A stretch of 38,398 bases of DNA from a virus (Duplodnaviria > Caudoviricetes). Positions 33,697-38,398 of this stretch are shown here, piece by piece (positions within the stretch are counted from its first letter, which is position 1; the number at the start of each line of letters is the position of its first letter). Under the pieces are notes generated by a model, which saw only the letters and a list, made by a program, of their open reading frames with translations, was not told the DNA's origin and ran no database searches. A program made the translations under genes and the position numbers. The stretch lies in IMG/VR virus record IMGVR_UViG_3300028025_001953, positions 1-38,398 of that record; one strand, written 5' to 3'.

Positions 33697-34514
33697 AATA
33701 AATCATAACCTATGTGCGTATATTTGTTAATTACATAATCAGACAATATTTCTTTAGGATCTACACTTGTTTTTTTAAGTTGGGGTCTAATTTCATGTAA
33801 ATTACTTGGGTGTCCTAATAATTCATCATTGTCTTTTTCTAATTTTTGAATTTTATTAAAATTGTGTTTATAGTTAGGTAGTTCTAAAAAGTTGTAAATA
33901 TTGTCCATAGTGTATTGCGGTGCGTTTATTAAATCGTTATATTTAACTAGAAAAAACATATTTGTGTTTTCAGGTTTAAGAATTTCGTTTATTGACAACA
34001 TAATTTTATCTATTTGCCCATGAGGTTGCATTAAATAATCACACCTATTGTCATTTTTAGTTAAATAATCTTTATACCACCAATCGTTATTTTGCATTTC
34101 TACATCTACAAAAGATTGTTCAGGCAATATGTTTATCCATGAAGCAAGTATTTCTATAATTGAGCGCACAGTAAAAATAATTTTAGGCGTTGGCGTAATG
34201 TATTTTTTTATTAAATTTAAATTTGCTGGTGTACCCCAAGCCTTTTCTCTATCAATAATTATTGGTTTATTTATGTTTTGATAATAATTTGTAATTATGT
34301 TTTTGCCAACATTTATTATTGGTTCTTTATTTTCTAATCTTATTACTGCTTCTTGTTGCATATTTAAGAAATCGTGATTGTATAACATAGATACTATTGG
34401 GCTTAATGGACTACAATATGTTTGTGGATTTTGATTTAATATAGCAGCCAATAATGTATTACCTGAACGCGGTAATCCTGCTAAAAAATAATATTGTTTG
34501 CCTTCGCTATTCAT
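33693..34514 (-). CDS. PAPS-dependent sulfotransferase
   Basis: 5'-PSB loop 'GLPRSGNTLL', 3'-PB 'VR....ILAS' and 'Y.DL...P......IY.FL'. Confidence 0.88.
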   Translation of the reverse strand: MNSEGKQYYFLAGLPRSGNTLLAAILNQNPQTYCSPLSPIVSMLYNHDFLNMQQEAVIRLENKEPIINVGKNIITNYYQNINKPIIIDREKAWGTPANLNLIKKYITPTPKIIFTVRSIIEILASWINILPEQSFVDVEMQNNDWWYKDYLTKNDNRCDYLMQPHGQIDKIMLSINEILKPENTNMFFLVKYNDLINAPQYTMDNIYNFLELPNYKHNFNKIQKLEKDNDELLGHPSNLHEIRPQLKKTSVDPKEILSDYVINKYTHIGYDLL

Positions 34515-34516
34515 TA

Positions 34517-34759
34517 TTATTCTTTAACTTTAATTGGTTCAGGTTTCATTGGTGGAATGAACTCTCCATCTTCGTAGCCCCAACCTACGCCTACTCCATA
34601 ATAGTTAAACCCTACTAATACAGGCTCCGTTGGACATTCAACACAAAACGAATCTGGATTTGTTGCTTTTACAATCATATTAGCCAAGTTTATTGAATCA
34701 GCAACAATTACATTAGAAACAACATCATTAAGTATAACTGCGTAATTTTTATTTGCCAT
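34517..34759 (-). CDS. Small tail-associated protein
   Basis: 'YAVI....V.NVIVADS...GWGY.DG.F.PP', a type commonly found after Gly-rich tail genes. Confidence 0.65.
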   Translation of the reverse strand: MANKNYAVILNDVVSNVIVADSINLANMIVKATNPDSFCVECPTEPVLVGFNYYGVGVGWGYEDGEFIPPMKPEPIKVKE

Positions 34760-34949
34760 TTTGATTTAACCTTCCTTTGTAAAATTTACCATCTTCATAA
34801 TACCCTGGAATATAACCTGTTCCAGTTTCTTGTGTTACTAAGATAAGTGTATAAGTTTTAGATATTTCTTCAACTCTATTTTTTGGTGTATCGGGTGGTA
34901 AAACAGATATAATTGTTTTATTGTCGTTTGGATCTAATATTGCCCACAT
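34749..34949 (-). CDS. Small tail-associated protein (similar in layout to its neighbour)
   Basis: 'WAIL...G.YEDGKFY' resembles the neighbour's 'GYEDGEF'. Confidence 0.6.
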   Translation of the reverse strand: MWAILDPNDNKTIISVLPPDTPKNRVEEISKTYTLILVTQETGTGYIPGYYEDGKFYKGRLNQNGK

Positions 34950-34950
34950 A

Positions 34951-35853
34951 TTAGTAATATATTACAATAAAACCATTACCGCCAGCACCACCTGGTCCCG
35001 CAAGAGCGGGTATGTTACTTGCGCCACCAGTATTTCTTAAAGCACCGCCACCGCCACCACCGCCTGAACCATAAGTTCCAGCAGTACCAGCACTACCAGC
35101 ATTATCAGTTGTTCCTAATCCACCATTTCCACCTGTGCCACCCGCAGCCCCAATTGGGGTAGTAGCACCAGAGGCAGCCCCACCAGCACCACCAAAACCT
35201 GAAACTCTATTATTTCCATATTGACCTGAGCCACCACCTCCACCGCCACCAGCAGCATTTATTCCTAATCCACCATTAGCAGTTCCGCCTGAACCAACTG
35301 CTCTATTTGCATTACCTCCTGTTCGAGCATTAGCAGGGGAACCGTTAGCACCTGCACTTCCACCAGCGCCACCATTTCCACCCGATTGTCCTGTTGTTAA
35401 ACTACACCCACCTGAAGTGCCTCCACCGCCACCTGAAGCACCGTTACCGCCATTAGCACCTGTACCACCACCTAAAGGATTATATGGTCCACTGCCACCG
35501 CCTTTTCCACCATTAGCAGAAATTCCTAATACTGAGGTTGCGCTTCCGTCAGAACCACCAGAAGCGCCACCTGCTCCAATAGTAAATGCAATAACTCCGC
35601 CAGTAGAAAAAGAACTAGCAAAAGCAACATAACCTGAACCACCACCGCCACCACTAGGTGAACCAAAAGGTTTATTAGGTGCATTATTTGTGTATTGCGC
35701 TCCATTACCACCACCGCCACCACCACCCGAAATAACGGCATAAACTGGTTTTGGATTTAATACAGAAGCACCAGGTATAGAAAATGTACCGCTTGTTGTT
35801 GATATTTGTCTTAACGCTATTTGCGGTACAGGTATGTTTTGTAAAGAACCCAT
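34951..35853 (-). CDS. Glycine-rich tail/receptor-binding protein
   Basis: Poly-Gly runs, 'FTIGAGG' and terminal 'GGAGGNGFIVIYY'. Confidence 0.8.
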   Translation of the reverse strand: MGSLQNIPVPQIALRQISTTSGTFSIPGASVLNPKPVYAVISGGGGGGGNGAQYTNNAPNKPFGSPSGGGGGSGYVAFASSFSTGGVIAFTIGAGGASGGSDGSATSVLGISANGGKGGGSGPYNPLGGGTGANGGNGASGGGGGTSGGCSLTTGQSGGNGGAGGSAGANGSPANARTGGNANRAVGSGGTANGGLGINAAGGGGGGGSGQYGNNRVSGFGGAGGAASGATTPIGAAGGTGGNGGLGTTDNAGSAGTAGTYGSGGGGGGGALRNTGGASNIPALAGPGGAGGNGFIVIYY

Positions 35854-36644
35854 TAGACTATTGTAATCCCTGAAATCATTATATCTGCTTGCGGTGTAGT
35901 TGCTGCAACCGATAATTTTTTAGTTGTTGCAAAAAATTGTTTTAGATTAAATGTTGTTGTTGCATTTGCTGGTAATGTTACCGCGTCTAAATAATTTATA
36001 TTATCTATTGTTGCATAAACAAAACCAGAACTAGCAGTTGGGTTAGTAATAATAACATCTGTAACAATTCCACTTGTTGCTGCTGGTAAAGTATAAACAT
36101 CAGGGTATTTACAAAACGCTCCTTGCGAAAGGGCTGCTGACGCTAAAGTAGTTGTTGATGTAACAAAAGTAAATAATGTAGTAGAGGGAACGGCTTGTAC
36201 TGTAAATACACCATTAGTGCCAGTAGTTCCACTATTAACTCTAACAATATCTCCAATTGCTAATCCATGAGCAGAAGAAGTAGTAATAATTCCAATATTA
36301 TTGACAATAGCATTATTAGATAACGCGCCACCAACTGTTACGCCTGTATTAAAAATGGCTGAACCATTTGGGGTTACGGAAGCAGAACCAATATTTGCAT
36401 TAGTAACTACATAAGTAGCGGTATTTAAACCTGGAAATGAATTTACTGGGAATGTACCGTCATAGGCTGCGCCTACACCTTGCACTGTAATAAGAGTTCC
36501 AACCTGAGATAAACCATGATTAGAACCAAAAGTTAATGTGACTAAATTAGAAGTAAGGGCTGCGGTGGTTACGGTTCTTTGAACATTGGTTGTTCCATAT
36601 GAAGGGTTGCCTCTATAAAAAACTGCTGGGGTATTAGTTGCCAT
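35853..36644 (-). CDS. Tail protein with two internal beta-repeat modules
   Basis: Two copies of 'T....HGL..G..(I/V).V......G.F.V...P....(Y/F)V'. Confidence 0.7.
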   Translation of the reverse strand: MATNTPAVFYRGNPSYGTTNVQRTVTTAALTSNLVTLTFGSNHGLSQVGTLITVQGVGAAYDGTFPVNSFPGLNTATYVVTNANIGSASVTPNGSAIFNTGVTVGGALSNNAIVNNIGIITTSSAHGLAIGDIVRVNSGTTGTNGVFTVQAVPSTTLFTFVTSTTTLASAALSQGAFCKYPDVYTLPAATSGIVTDVIITNPTASSGFVYATIDNINYLDAVTLPANATTTFNLKQFFATTKKLSVAATTPQADIMISGITIV

Positions 36645-37337
36645 TTAGTATGCTCCCATAATGTACTCGTATTGAAGGCTTGCCGTATCTACTCCACCTG
36701 TGAGTAGATTACCACTAGAATCAAATCCGTTCAGGATTGACCCTGCACTATTCACAATTTGTAATGCGTTGCCTGTTTGTCCTGCTGCTAATTGTATTCT
36801 AACTGGCACTAGAGCGTTGGTTGAAGCACCTAAAACTACTTCATCTATCTCTGTGCGAACTCTAGTATCTGTAATGTTTGCATTTAAAATTGTAGTTACG
36901 CCCGCACCTACTAATACGGTGGCTAGGGAAATTGAATTTGTTGGAGTGGCAGGGGCTACTGGGCTACCTGCGGGAGTTCCAGCAACAACATTTACGGCTA
37001 CGGTATTTGTTGATCCCGTATAGGCTGAATCTGAAACTGTTAAACAAATGCGGTCAATTCTAGGATTAGTTGGATCTGCTGTTGTAATCGTTGCTGTTAC
37101 TGCTGCATCATTATAGATACTGTAAGCGCCCATATTGCTTGTAAAATCACCAACAACAACTGCCCAACCTGCTGCAATAGATACGCTCATAGCAGGAGTT
37201 CCTGATTGTGAAACTACTAAATCGTTAGTTCTGCGTACACCAGTTTGCGCCCATACAATTTGATTTGCTGTTAAGCGGTCATTTTCTGCTGTGTGGCTAC
37301 CGTTTTGTAACCAACTAGGTGGGTTTCTTAAAGCCAT
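36645..37337 (-). CDS. Minor tail/baseplate protein (start MALRNPP)
   Basis: AGGAG RBS; 'NPRID...V.GTP..SP.AP.....I.LA.V.V...ITD.R' motif. Confidence 0.75.
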   Translation of the reverse strand: MALRNPPSWLQNGSHTAENDRLTANQIVWAQTGVRRTNDLVVSQSGTPAMSVSIAAGWAVVVGDFTSNMGAYSIYNDAAVTATITTADPTNPRIDRICLTVSDSAYTGSTNTVAVNVVAGTPAGSPVAPATPTNSISLATVLVGAGVTTILNANITDTRVRTEIDEVVLGASTNALVPVRIQLAAGQTGNALQIVNSAGSILNGFDSSGNLLTGGVDTASLQYEYIMGAY

Positions 37338-37344
37338 CTCACTC

Positions 37345-38196
37345 CTAAATGTACGCGTTGTACCATGAAACACTCACGGCTGTTGTAGGGAATAGTGTAC
37401 CTGTTCCGTAAAAAAAGAACTGATTGGCTCCTGGTTGAGCATCAAACCAAGTAGAACTTCCTAGCAATAAATTTCTAGCAGGGTTTCCATTTAGCGTAAT
37501 TAATTTATTATACAAATCAATAACTACGGTATCTGTATCTGCAAAAGAACCATTTAAGAATAGATAATTACCTTGCGTAACATTTCCAAATACAGGATTT
37601 ACTATTGGGCCATTGAAGGTAATAGTTGGGTAGGTAGTAGCCCAGCCGCTATTAGTAACGGTTGTATAAGGGGCTGATCCAGTTAAGTAAACAAGGTTAT
37701 AGGTACGGTTGTAAACACGGCCTAGACCGCTACCCATGGTCATTGATAAGGTATTTAAAGTGCTGTCATAATAATTAGGATCTGGACAAAAGAATTCTGC
37801 CTGAGATGTAATGTATCCATAAGTATAGTTTGGATCTACTGATGTTCTTAAAGCGCGTACGCGGGCATTGACAAATTGTTCACCCCCAGCAGAAGATAGT
37901 TTGAAATAAAGCGGGGTAGTGCCAGAAGTTTGAGGTAATAACTTTTGTTGAATTGTGTTGTAATTTGTTTGCGCTGAAACTGATCCATTAGCCAGGGTTG
38001 TAAAAATAATACTTACAGTTCTACCGCTTAAAAAATCTCTACCTGAAAACATGCCATCTGCATATCCACGGTTATCATCTTGTGAGCGAATCATTGGCAA
38101 ACTTTCTAACCCATCAACAGATTGAACTGGGTAAGCCGTTGATGCTCCAAATGTTTGACCAGCAAAAGAAAATTGATAGGGGGTTGTAATAGGCAT
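37345..38196 (-). CDS. Distal tail protein (Dit-like)
   Basis: Directly after the TMP stop (TAATG); 'F.CPDP.YY' and 'WF...PG.N'. Confidence 0.8.
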   Translation of the reverse strand: MPITTPYQFSFAGQTFGASTAYPVQSVDGLESLPMIRSQDDNRGYADGMFSGRDFLSGRTVSIIFTTLANGSVSAQTNYNTIQQKLLPQTSGTTPLYFKLSSAGGEQFVNARVRALRTSVDPNYTYGYITSQAEFFCPDPNYYDSTLNTLSMTMGSGLGRVYNRTYNLVYLTGSAPYTTVTNSGWATTYPTITFNGPIVNPVFGNVTQGNYLFLNGSFADTDTVVIDLYNKLITLNGNPARNLLLGSSTWFDAQPGANQFFFYGTGTLFPTTAVSVSWYNAYI

Positions 38197-38398
38197 TATC
38201 TATCTCTCCCAACAATTACAGTCTGTCCATATTTCATAGATCTAATAGTCATATCTGCAATATCGCTAGCATTAACATTTGAGGTTACATTGTTTGTAAT
38301 GTTAAATTGTATTTCATCTGCTCTTTCCTTATCACGAAATCTTCTATAAGCATCTGAGGCACTATCAGTAATACCTGAACCGCCTCCGCCACCACCTG
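38196..38398 (-). CDS. Tape measure protein, C-terminal part
   Basis: GGGGGGSGITDSASDAYRRF...IVGRDR*, in frame with 1..2380 across the join. Confidence 0.85.
   Translation of the reverse strand, partial: GGGGGGSGITDSASDAYRRFRDKERADEIQFNITNNVTSNVNASDIADMTIRSMKYGQTVIVGRDR

Noticed and set aside
34951-35853. CCA/CCG-rich repeats as a DGR or tandem array
   Set aside because: They encode poly-Gly; no reverse transcriptase or template/variable repeat pair was seen

Overview
This looks like a complete, circularly permuted 38.4 kb siphovirus-type phage genome. The tape measure gene is split across the two ends of the window and rejoins in frame. WhiB, an actinobacterial-type SSB and several leaderless promoters, in AT-rich DNA, suggest a low-GC actinobacterial host such as freshwater acI/Nanopelagicales (inference). 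All credible genes but one are on the minus strand. In transcription order they are: terS, terL, portal, a MuF-effector fusion, protease/scaffold, capsid, neck, tail tube, frameshifted chaperones, TMP, Dit and tail proteins, a sulfation cassette, lysis genes, a phosphoesterase module, recombination/replication genes (SSAP, Cas4-like nuclease, WhiB, initiator, RusA), small early genes, SLT, HNH and SSB. The single plus-strand gene is a proteasome-beta/HslV-like Ntn protease. I saw no integrase, DNA polymerase, CRISPR array or canonical tRNA. Highlights: (1) a candidate minimal PAPS synthase plus sulfotransferase cassette embedded among tail genes; (2) a MuF head protein carrying both a HEXXH peptidase and an ADP-ribosyltransferase-like domain; (3) an apparent RNA-level regulatory layer, consisting of late-transcript 3' hairpins whose loops are exact antisense to early-gene ribosome-binding sites, an anticodon-less tRNA-like element and duplicated promoter/leader cassettes. 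Family assignments come from motif recognition by eye, not from database searches.
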